Source: Conidiobolus incongruus B7586 (Eukaryota). Taken from it: a stretch of DNA of 33,740 nucleotides. How positions within the stretch are numbered: the first letter of the stretch is position 1; each line of letters starts with the position of its first letter. Made by a program: the position numbers and the translations under genes. The stretch covers positions 1-33,740 of the forward strand of contig JNEM01013340.1 in the NCBI GenBank assembly GCA_000697335.1. Reading direction: 5' to 3'. The notes below the pieces were generated by a model, which ran no database searches, was not told the DNA's origin, and saw only the letters and a list, made by a program, of their open reading frames with translations. This document shows, piece after piece, positions 12,566 to 23,718 of this stretch.

Positions 12566-14315
12566 TTCAAATGATAATTTGATATAAAAAACAAATCGAT
12601 TTATAATTAATATGAAACCACTTAGATATATCCATTGTTAAAAAATAAAGTTCATTTTAGCACCTTTGAATGCTATTTTAGTATTTTTTGAAAAAAAATA
12701 TTTAAGCTCTAAATACCAATAATAGGCTTGTTTTTAATATAATATTTTCTTATATTAGAATTACTAATTTATATTTAATGCTTCAAAAAGGTAAAGTTAT
12801 TTGCCAAATATAGTCAAAGAATAGTTAATATTAATAATGAGTATACTTAAATAAATGCCAAATTTAAAGAATGTTATTAATATTTTTTCCAATTTTAATA
12901 AAATAAAATTACAAGGTATAGTTGTATATTGAATTTTAATATACAGCTATTATAACTTCTTCATATATTTTGTTTATTATTTAAACCTCAATTAGTTTTG
13001 TTTAAGATAAATATTGACAAAATTATATTTGTCAACATATTTAAAAAATTCATTAATATATTAATTATTTTTAATATTATATATATTTATATAATCAATA
13101 AAATATTTTATATATTAAAATTATACAATGTTCCAAACATATTTTTATATTAATAAATTATCTGTACTATATGTATTATTAGGAAACTGAAAATAATATT
13201 ATATTTTTAATAATACTAAAAAGATACAAGTTGATTATAATCAATTCAAATTAATGCAAAATAATTTATATTTAATAAATCAATATAGTATTAATTTAAA
13301 CTATTAAAAAATTAAATTAAGTAGTATTTGAAAAAATGTATTCGCGTTAATTTTTTGATATATGAAATAATCATCAAAATAATAATAAATCAATTTTTTA
13401 GGTATTGGCTATTTTTATTCTGGATATATTTTATATGTATAGCATTTAAAATAATTATCTCAGAGTATTTTTCTTAACTGCTTAAATGAAGATACTCAAC
13501 TTTTATATATTAGGCTGAACTATTTCAAATCATTAATTAATTCTTTATAGCCCTTTCACTGATAAAATATCAATACTTTTATCTTTTATAACGGAATTTT
13601 ATCCAAATTTGGTGATTGTTTAATTTATCCGAGAAATCCATTAATTTTTCAAAGTGACTTTGATTGAAAATAATTTATTAACTGAAATTTACACTAAATT
13701 AAAGGAATGTAAAGTAAAAAATATCTATATAATTGAAAGATTAATCAATATTGATAATAAGAATTTAAACAACTTTTGTTAAGGTTGAGAAAATGCTTTA
13801 AATTAAATTAACAATATTAATGCTCATTGTGGAAAATTATAGTTTCTTAATTAATATATTTTTACAAGGTTATTACATTATTGAATATGGTCTAATTTAT
13901 ACTTCTGAAATTTTTACCAAGATACTTTGAAATTTATTAAATCCATGTTTTTTATGATTGTATTATTTATTTTATTGTATATAAACTGAGAATCTTTCTT
14001 TTTAAATTTTGAATTATATCTGTCTATAGAGTTGTATTTTAAAAGTTGATGATTACGTGGCAAATATGGTAAAGATAGTCATTTTGGTTAACCATTTTTT
14101 AATCCTTCTATCAAATACTGATTTGAGAGGTTGAAAAATATTGAACTAAATCTAACGATTTTTTAAAATACTCAAATAATAACCTTAAAGAAATGCATAT
14201 ACTTTATTAAATTAATTAATTATGATAGAGGTGTAATATTGTATTATGAATTTATTGCCAAATATTATTTTATTTTGAAGTAATATATATTAAGAGAATG
14301 CAAAAAAGGAGAATT

Positions 14316-14347
14316 CACGTGGTTTAAATCATTTCTCCACCAATCAG
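14316..14347 (+). promoter_or_regulatory. Candidate E-box (CACGTG) and CCAAT box upstream of GSK3 copy 2
   Basis: CACGTG at 14316-14321 and ACCAATCAG at 14339-14347, ~330-360 nt before ATG 14675, in otherwise very GC-poor DNA. Confidence 0.35.
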
Positions 14348-14674
14348 ATCGAAACTTTTAAAAATTTTGATTGATCTTAAATCAATTTACCAACAATTGG
14401 GGCAATTTCTATCAAATCAATGATCAAATATTTTAAAATAAAAACAATAAACTAAATTTAATAATTCAATTATTGAGGTCAAATTGTGGTAATTTTTTTT
14501 AAAATTGAAAGCATATATTAATAAATTAAATATTAAATCATTAATAAAAAATATTAAAATTTTATTACTTTTTATTAAAATCATTATTAAGATATTATAG
14601 TGTTATTAATAATATATTTATATATTAAAATTTTTGATCTATTTGATATTTTAACTTTGTCTTATTAAAATACT

Positions 14675-16041
14675 ATGAGTTCTTCAGGAAGTGACGGTAA
14701 TTTACCTCCTCAACCTGGTAAGTGTTCTCACCACTGTCACAAATCAGTCCCAATTGGAATGGGAAGAATTAGTGTAATTTTATCTAACTATATATTATAG
14801 ACCATCCAAGGCCCGATGAGGTTATTACAGTTGAAGCTAATGACGGTCTCACGGGTGAACCTAAAACTATCAGTTATACAAACTGTCGTGCTTGTGGAAA
14901 TGGCTCCTTTGGCGTTGTTTATAAAGCTAATCTGATTGGAACCAATGAAGTAATTGCTATCAAGAGAGTTTTACAAGATAGTCGCTTTAGAGTAAATAAT
15001 TTTTGATATTTGATTTAAATGATTAATATTTAATATTTTTTTATTAATTTAATAGAACAGAGAATTACAAATAATGCGCAGTGTTAGACATCCCAACGTT
15101 ATGGAGTTAAAATATTTTTTCTATACTAGAACCCCTAGAGTTAGTTACTTGAATATATAATTATATTTTATTTATTCTAATTGTTGATTAATTAGGATGA
15201 AACTTATTTAAACCTCGTACTCGAATTTATGCCTGAAACAGTGTTCCAAGTTTCCAGATATTATTACAGAAATCGCCAGCCTATGCCCCCATTGTACGTG
15301 AAATTATATACTTACCAGTTATTACGTGCTTTGGCATATATTCATGTCGCTGGAATCTGCCATAGAGATATTAAACCTCAAAATCTACTTGTCAACCCAG
15401 CTACGGGTGTTTTGAAGTTATGTGACTTTGGATCTGCTAAAGTTTTAGTCCCAGGAGAGCCCAATGTTGCTTACATTTGCTCCAGATATTATAGAGCACC
15501 AGAATTAATCTTTGGTGCGACCGGCTACACCTGTAGTATTGATATTTGGTCGACAGGCTGTGTCATGGCCGAGTTGATCTTAGGCCAGCCTCTTTTCCCG
15601 GGAGAGAGCGGCATTGACCAACTAGTGGAAATTATCAAGGTTCTGGGAACGCCGTCCCGCCAGCAGATCGAAGCTATGAATCCTGCATATGTTGATCACC
15701 GCTTCCCTACTATCAGACCCCATCCCTTCTCAAGGGTATTCCGTAATCGAGCATCGCAAGATGCAATTGACTTTATCCCCTGCCTGCTGGATTATACTCC
15801 CACCGCCAGATTGACAGCAGTGGAGGCCATGGCTCACAGCTACTTCGACGATTTGAGAGATCCCAATGCCATGTATACGGAAACGCAGCCACTTCCTGAG
15901 CTCTTCAACTTTTCGCAACAAGAGCTGATGGTACAACCTGAAGTCAACCATCGCCTTGTTCCCGAGCGCATTATCGTCCAAATGGCGCAAGTCGGTCTCG
16001 ATATGTCTAGATTTTTCCCCAACTGGACGCCTCGCGCTTAG
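14675..16041 (+). CDS. GSK3: GSK3/Shaggy-family Ser/Thr kinase, copy 2 (~387 aa); exons 14675-14717, 14801-14991, 15056-15139, 15196-16041
   Basis: GNGSFGVVY glycine loop, [34 protein letters not shown] and [11 protein letters not shown]. Introns of 83, 64 and 56 nt at the same positions and phases as in copy 1. Exons 1-3 are absent from the ORF track. Confidence 0.95.
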
Positions 16042-16565
16042 TAATATTCCTCACTAACTTACCTACACTGATCAATACCTTGATCACATACGTTATCCGA
16101 TTTTGAAGCTTTTTAACGTCTACAATAACTCAATTTGCGAATACCTCTTATTGAACGTTATCATTGTCTTTCTCTTTCAATCAGTTTTCTCTCTAAAACA
16201 CCTCATTTTTTGTTAATAATTTTTATATTAACCTTTAAACAGTTCTTGCATTTTTATTCTATATTTTTATTATATATTAAGTTTTTTATAATTGTTTATT
16301 TATTAATAATAGATTTTATTTTTTTTAATATTCTAAATTTTAAAATCTATTATTTAAATCTTAAATATATTATATTATATTTTAATTCACTATTCATTTA
16401 ACTCTAAATCATCATTATGATAGAATTAAAATATCACAAAAAGAAATTTTTTTAATAGTAATTAATTTAAAATTTTATTTGATTATTTTTTTTCTTTTAA
16501 TTTTGATTTGAATACAAAAAAGTATAATTATAAATTAAATATAAGAAAATTGATAAAATATTATA

Positions 16566-16589
16566 AATAATAATAATAATAATAATAAT
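16566..16589. repeat. (AAT)n microsatellite, ~8 units
   Basis: Perfect trinucleotide run read directly. Confidence 0.85.
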
Positions 16590-18366
16590 TTGTATTTAAA
16601 CAAAAATTCCAAAATATTTTTATTAATATTAATAATTTTCAAAATTAAATAAATATATGATATGAAATTTATATAATATTCTCGTTAATTTGATACAATA
16701 AATTTAGTTTAATATGTAGTAATAATTATGTAACTTAATATTATTAAAATAGTAAAATAATTTTCAAATATATATTTATATTAAATTTTAAAATTATTTT
16801 ATTTTTAATTTTTAATTTTTTATAATAAATTATCATAAAATTTTTCAATTAATAAACAATTAAATTGTTTAATTTGAATTTAAAATTCATTTCAATGATT
16901 CACTAATATATTGAAATTTTAAAATTTGGCTTGATAAAATATCAATCTGGTTAATATAGTTAATCATTTTAAGCTCGTATTTTTTTTGAATTTTGAAATA
17001 TACAAATCAATATTTAATAGTAAAATTTATTTAATTTACGGATAAAAATTTTATTTTACTTTTATATTATTATAATTTTTTTATATTTCAATTGATTTGA
17101 TAAAATTAAATTTTTATAATTTCAAAGATGAATTAAAATTTGATTATTTTATTTATTACTAATAATAACAATTTGTAAAATGCTTGTATCTAATATAGGA
17201 CATAAATATCATCAATATAGTATATTAAATATAATAATATTAATTAATATTTATAAAATAATAGCGGTCTAATAATTAATCTCAAATTTGATATAGATTA
17301 CTTTTAAATTTGTTATTTTTAATTGAAATTTTCATATAATAATGAATGATATAAAATATTATTTCGATATATCTATTTGGTATTTATTCAAAAAAACTAA
17401 AATTGAGAATATTATATATTTTTTAAAATATATTTAAAATTTTTTATAAATTAAACTTAGTTTATATTTTATATCTCACCAAAATTTAGATATATTTAAT
17501 CATTTCATGATTATTATTATTTAATAAATAATTTTATTGAATGATATATTTTTAATTTATTTAATAGTCATGATTTCATTATCTTTTGATATTATATCAA
17601 AGTTTTATTTAATTATTGGCCTAAAAAAATATAATATAATATTAAAAAAGATAATTACTGTTTAACTAAATGTATATGTAATTTATCTTTGATATTATTA
17701 TTATCAAAAATATTTAATATATTTATTATCAACATTTCTAGATAAAAAGACTATTTATTTTAATATAAAGTCAAGAAAATTGAAATTACTTAATATTTCA
17801 ATAAAAAAAACTTTTTGATATAAAATTTATAAATATGAATATATAATATAAAGTTTAATAATTTTTAATTAAAATAATAATTTTTAATATATTTTTTTTA
17901 ATTGCATAATAATTTACTTATAAATAGTATATTTAAGTAAAGTATTAAGTTTATACGATGTTTATAAATATCAAAAGGTTTATAATTGAGTTTTAATAAT
18001 GCTAAAATAAAATACTTTCAATTATCACTCTTTAATTTAAATATAATTCAATTAAAAAACATATATATATATAAGGTAAATTTTAATAAAAGTATTATAT
18101 ATGAAAATATATAGAGTTTAAAACTATATATCCTCCTATCTATTTTGTATATAATATTTTTTTAAATCTATTAATATGTTTGAAATTTTAAAAAATGAAA
18201 AAATTTCCCAATTTTTTAATTCTGAGATAATATATGATAAATAAAATATAAAATTAATTTACTTTGTTTCAATATACTAGAATTTTTATTAAGAAGTATT
18301 ATTGATGAATTTGAAATGATATGTTTATATTAACAAATTTTTTTACCAACTATATATTCATAAAAT

Positions 18367-18675
18367 TCAATTGATAAAGTAGTAATACATAGGATAAGCA
18401 GCAACTAATTGATATGCATCATACGTATTTTGTGGTACAGCAACATAATTAGCTTGGTAAGCTTCTGGGGCAATTGGAATACGATAGTTATGCTCGTTGG
18501 CATACTTTTCAACAGTACCATAATCTACAATATGGTGGCTATCATCATAATAAAGGCCACAGTCTCCTAACAATGCAATTAAACCTAATAAGCATATTCC
18601 CGTATGTCCACGAGTTTCCTCAGCAAAAGTTGTACCTAAGGTTGCAAGACCTAGAGTTAAGAATGAGAACTTCAT
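18367..18675 (-). CDS. Small putatively secreted Tyr-rich protein (102 aa)
   Basis: GC island. ATG at 18675 gives the signal-like MKFSFLTLGLATLGTTFA. Two Cys flank a hydrophobic stretch; 13 Tyr. TATATAAATAG lies ~45-55 nt upstream on the minus strand. Confidence 0.75.
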   Translation of the reverse strand: MKFSFLTLGLATLGTTFAEETRGHTGICLLGLIALLGDCGLYYDDSHHIVDYGTVEKYANEHNYRIPIAPEAYQANYVAVPQNTYDAYQLVAAYPMYYYFIN

Positions 18676-19854
18676 GATGAACAATCAGATTAATGTATAA
18701 AAATTTCAAAGTTGAGCACTCTATTTATATACTATTTAGTCAATGATGAAAAAGAATTTCGAATTATTCATATTAATCAGAATATCCTATAAATTGATGG
18801 CGTATATATCAAAATTAGAATTTAAAACATGATTAATATTAATTTATTAATTGAAATTTTCAGATTTTGAATATTTAAAATTCAAAACTGAAATAATTTT
18901 ATATAATTTTATTTAATTCAAATTTAACAAAATTAAATAAAAATAATTATTTTTATATATTTGATACAATTATTGCTATATATTTTAATAATCTGCCACA
19001 TATTTTTTTATTGAATTTTAATTTTGCTATTTTAAGAATTTTGAAACAATTAAATATGATTTTTTTTACAATTTATTACAAATTGAAAATAATTTGAATA
19101 ATATATAATAATAATTGTGTTAAAAGAATTTCTTTACCAATTATGGTATATATATCAATCAAAATAAATATCTTTATAAAAAATATTATTAAAGATTTCG
19201 ATATGATCTTCTAAATATTCTAATTATATATTTTAATAAATTTAAAAATAGGATAAAACTCAGCCATTTGTTTGAATTTAAAGGGAAAAACGTTCAATGA
19301 TCTATTAATTTCTATTTCTATTTCTTTTTTGAAATATTTATTAATAATAAAAATTCAAAAAAAAAGAAATAATATTATAAAATTTTTATATTAAATAATT
19401 TTCACTCGTATTTAAAGTAGAGATTATTTATTAGTTAAAAAAACATAATATCAGATAAATTAATGAAATATCAATTTAATCTTTATTAATTTAACAGCTT
19501 GTAAATATTTTTCTCATTTAATGATATAATTTTCAATTATAAAAAGATATTAAATATTATTATATGACTTTACAATATCAATTTTTTTTAAATCCATATT
19601 GGGAATAATTAATATCAAACTAATATTTTTTCACATATTAGTTAAAAATAAATATATTTAGATATATGAAAATATTAATGTATCAGTTTAAAATCGTTAG
19701 AATATTGTTTTTAAATTATAATAGGTTAATATATAGTTTGATACCTTGAAATTATTAAAACTATTTGAAATTATCAATCAATTAAAATGTTTCATAATTG
19801 ATTATGACAAACAAATATAAATTTATATTGAGATTTTAAATATGATAAATTGGA

Positions 19855-20106
19855 TTATTCTAAATCGATTTTACCCTCTTCAACAGTGGGTTCATTAACT
19901 CTCAAACCAACTTCTTCCTTATCGATTTTTTTCTTTCTTATGATCCTCTTTATTGTCATGATAATATACAGTTTAAGCTCAACTAAATAAGTCACAGGAT
20001 CCAATACCTTAAGAGCACATTCAGCTCCAATCATACTTAACACATTGTGAAGAATAGGAGTAGCAAATAGAGGGTATATCAAACTAGCAAGATTAACTAA
20101 TGTCAT
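19855..20106 (-). CDS. Small protein (83 aa), probable paralogue of the 21407 gene, possibly degenerate or frameshifted
   Basis: GC island with a hydrophobic N-terminus ending LFA-TPI. IGAECALKVLDPVTYL aligns with FGNHCGLKEFDSVFGL of the 21407 ORF. Confidence 0.55.
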   Translation of the reverse strand: MTLVNLASLIYPLFATPILHNVLSMIGAECALKVLDPVTYLVELKLYIIMTIKRIIRKKKIDKEEVGLRVNEPTVEEGKIDLE

Positions 20107-21406
20107 GTTTCAAGGGTAATTTTCAAATCATGAAATATAAAAAATTCAATATATAATTTAATATAGTGATGATTTAAACATTATATTGCAATACTAACAA
20201 TATTTATTATAATTGCGGCAAATTATATAATATGAACTTTAATTAATTAATAAATTATTATATTATTATTATGTAATAAATTGATATATTAGCTAAAATT
20301 ATGAATTTAAAAAAAGTATTGACTTAGAAATTAATTAATTTAAAATTTAAATTCTAATAAAAATTTAAAATTAATTAAAAATAATTATTTTTAATAAATT
20401 TTTATATAAATTACTTTATAAATTAATAATAGATATTATTATATAATACTATTCAATCTTAACTACTTAATGATCTTTATTTGAAAATTGTGTTTATCTC
20501 TCTTATTTATTATTGTATTAAATTAATATTAAGACTCAGAATAAAATAATTAATTAAATCATAAAATGGAATGAAAATCAAGGAAGAATTTGATTTATAT
20601 TTTGGAATAGTAATGGATTAATGCATGTTAAAATTTTATATTAAAATATCATTTTAACAAACAATTTTAGTCTATTAAATCTAAATTTTTAATGATTTTC
20701 TATCAAACTATACAAATAATGCATATATATTGATCTGTAATAATGAGTTGTGAAATATGCTAATTAACTACATAATGATGATATGATTTTCGTTGTGCAT
20801 GCTATGATCCAAAGAATTTTAAGTCATATCAAAGTATTATTCCGCTTCAAAATATAGTTTAAATAAACAGAATTTTGTGTAATTAATCTCATGGCGATAT
20901 AATATATACAAGTAATCAAAATAAATAAGAATTATAGTTTCAACTTTATTTCGAATACAATAAATTTAGATAAAAATTTCAATAAAATTATTTACAATTT
21001 GATGCAATGGCTAATTCATTGCCAAGATCAGAGTATAAAATAAATTGTAAATATATAAAATCAAAATAATGCTAGCAGTTCAACGAGCGCTATTGGTTTT
21101 ATCTATATCTCAAAATAATAATAATAACTATTATTATTGTTATCAATAAAAAAAATTGATTTATTTTTAAATATTAATTTCTTGGAATTATTATAAAAAA
21201 TTTATATTTTAAAATAAATTTAATTCCAATAAACTATTCTAAAACTAATTAATTTAAATTTAAATCTTGGTATTATTTTTATTAATTTAATTAATTGAAA
21301 ATTTTAATAATATAATTTAATATATAAATAGCTATAAAAATAAAAAAATTTTTCTAATATATTCGGTAAATTTGTATAAATAATATTAAAGTTTTTCGAA
21401 TTAATA

Positions 21407-21760
21407 ATGCAATTTAAATTTAATTTCAATTTATTATTGTCTATTGTAAATTTATCTATTTCGTCTAGTTTTTATATCAATCACTTTGGAAATCATTGTG
21501 GTTTGAAGGAATTTGACTCTGTATTTGGTTTAAATGATCATAGGTATATGCATCCTAACCATCATTTTAAAGATCACGAAGAAAGAGTGTTTAGAGAAGA
21601 AAGAGAGTCCATGTTGAAAGATATCGATTTTCAATTTCATGATGCAAGTAATCCTTTTGAAGAAAGAGAATTAATGTCCAAAAATATTGATTTTAATTTT
21701 CATAAGCACGTAGCTGAAAGAAAAAAAGATATGAAGTTTAATGAGTTGGAGTTGTTTTAA
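21407..21760 (+). CDS. Small putatively secreted His/Phe/Glu-rich protein with an internal repeat (117 aa)
   Basis: ATG-initiated ORF in a GC island; hydrophobic N-terminus; His-rich segment; repeat EERESMLKDIDFQFH / EERELMSKNIDFNFH. Confidence 0.7.
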   Translation: MQFKFNFNLLLSIVNLSISSSFYINHFGNHCGLKEFDSVFGLNDHRYMHPNHHFKDHEERVFREERESMLKDIDFQFHDASNPFEERELMSKNIDFNFHKHVAERKKDMKFNELELF

Positions 21761-22253
21761 CCATCCTCTTTCAACATCCTGACCTGTTCTATATACCATT
21801 TAAGCTTCCATAAGCTACTTCATTTATCTTTTTCTCTAATAAACTTTCAAATTTGATAATTTATTTTGTTTTTATTTAAAAGGTGAATTATAAACTATTA
21901 ATTTATATCATTATCATAAACACAGATAATATATAACTTTATAATATAAATTATAAATTAATTGACAATTTATTTAATAAAATTAACTAAATTAATAAAA
22001 CTAGTCTATAATTTTATTAATCCTCTTAATAATTGAGAATTACTAAAGAAATTTTAAAAATGCTGATATTATTTAAAGCTAATAGTTAACCAATAGTATG
22101 GTATCAATTATTATAAATCTTGAATAAAAAATATATTTTTATAATTCATTTGAATATTCTATATATATACATATATGTTATTTGTTTAATGAAAATTGTT
22201 AATTTATTACAAAATCAATAATTGACAAGAGTATTAGAAGTTTAGGTTTCAAC

Positions 22254-22556
22254 TTATGAGTCTAAACTAGCTTGTACACTTGCTTTAGGAATATCTGGAA
22301 TTGGGTTAGCAGCAACTTCTTTAGTTAGATCTCTAAAAGCTTTTTTCACAGTTTTTTCTGAACCTTTGAAGATGTCTTTCAAATCATTTTTTGAATCTTT
22401 GACGATATCTTTCACATCATTTTTTGAATCTTCGACTGTTTTCTTGGCATCTTTGGTCTCTTTATCAAGGTCTAGTTCAAGATGTTGCTTTTTAGCTGGA
22501 ACTGGATTGGCCAATGTAGTGACCATTAAACCTAAGGCTACTATGTAGAATTTCAT
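22254..22556 (-). CDS. Small putatively secreted Lys/Asp-rich protein with 11-residue repeats (100 aa; LEA/apolipoprotein-like periodicity)
   Basis: ATG at 22556 gives the signal-like MKFYIVALGLMVTTLA then NPVP. Repeats KDAKKTVEDSK/NDVKDIVKDSK/NDLKDIFKGSE/KTVKKAFRDLT, also visible as a 33-nt DNA repeat. Confidence 0.8.
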   Translation of the reverse strand: MKFYIVALGLMVTTLANPVPAKKQHLELDLDKETKDAKKTVEDSKNDVKDIVKDSKNDLKDIFKGSEKTVKKAFRDLTKEVAANPIPDIPKASVQASLDS

Positions 22557-23549
22557 ATCGTTGGTAATAGTACTTACTAAATAAATAGATGAGAGTATAA
22601 TATTATTCGAAGAAAAATACCAATTTATAGTTAAATTCGTAGTATTGAACTGCAATAATTGGTTTTATTCCAGCCACATATTTGCAATGATTTTTACTTG
22701 AATGTTTTTAACTTGCATAAAGTTTACCAAGATATTTTATTTTATTGATTAATGTTTGAAATATAATTATAATAAATTATTATCGTTTATTATCAATTCA
22801 ACAGCATATTTAGTGGATTAACATGAATATTAGTGTCATTAGATTATTACTATATATACTTTTAGAATATATAATATAATATCTAATATATCATAGTAAC
22901 AATGATTAAATTATTTTTAATTTATTATTTATTTAAAATTATGAAGAATTTAATTAGATTGGATTAAATTTTGAATTATATGTGGCTGCATAGTAATAAA
23001 AAATAAAAAATATTATTAACTTAAAAATTTTCTAAAATAAGTGCATTATTATTATTATTATTATAAAAACTGAATTTAATTTTGAAAATTCAGTAAATTA
23101 ATTATTATAAATTATATTATACTGGATTCTTACATTATCGATCAATGTAGTTGATTAAATCTAAAAACCTTTTTAAAATATACAATATTAATATATTGTA
23201 TATTATATATTAATTAAAAGAGAGTAAAATAAGATTTAGTATTTATATGATTTTTATATTTTAAGAATTTTAAATAAACTTAATTAAATATTTTGATTTT
23301 GAATAATATTAAAGAAGATATTTTTAGATAATTGATAAGGTATTAGAGATTTTAAATAATATTTAATAATTTATATTTAAATATATTATAATAATTTACA
23401 TCGATCGATTAATTACAAGAATAAGTGGGTATAATGTATGCAATTAAAGCTATTCAAATAAGATTGGAATTAACACTTGAAAATTTATTTATGCTTTTTT
23501 TCAAAAGAGTTTGAATGAATTTCATAAGTGGTAGATGATAAATTGCTAC

Positions 23550-23718
23550 TTTTTTAAAATTTTAAAATGTTTCTGTAGGAGCTTTAGCCAAATCAGTGAT
23601 ATTAACAAAGTGCAGTTTTAATTTCATGTTTGGCAGATGTTGAATTTTCGTCAGCTGAAGGGATTGGATATGCCAAAATAGGGACCAATAAACTGAAGAC
23701 TCATAAGTAAAATTTCAT
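23550..23718 (-). pseudogene. Disrupted paralogue of the 22254-22556 secreted-protein gene
   Basis: From ATG 23718 the minus strand reads MKFYL*VFSLLVPILAYPIPSADENSTSAKHEIKTALC*, colinear with MKFYIVALGLMVTTLANPVP. TGA at codon 6 (23701-23703) and TAA at 23602-23604; a shifted frame continues VNITDLAKAPTETF*NFKKVA. The 3' boundary is approximate. Confidence 0.65.

Noticed and set aside
15730..16022. Two minus-strand ORFs within GSK3 copy 2
   Set aside because: Antisense shadows with no independent support.
16135..16401. Phe/Ile/Leu-rich 88-aa ORF (similarly 2103, 4849, 7718, 11767, 26094, 33178)
   Set aside because: Amino-acid composition simply mirrors AT-rich UTR or intergenic DNA; several lack an ATG start and none has a recognisable motif.
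18474..18677. 67-aa + strand ORF (also 22366-22548)
   Set aside because: Antisense to ORFs that have an ATG and signal-peptide-like N-terminus.
22671..22988. Possible MITE bounded by the 11-bp inverted CAGCCACATAT
   Set aside because: No target-site duplication in the flanks and the core recurs alone at 18995, so it is treated as a candidate cis-element instead.
23701..23703. In-frame TGA as possible recoding (Sec, Trp or alternative genetic code)
   Set aside because: Conserved genes here use TGG for Trp with no internal TGA, and this copy has further lesions, so pseudogenisation is simpler.
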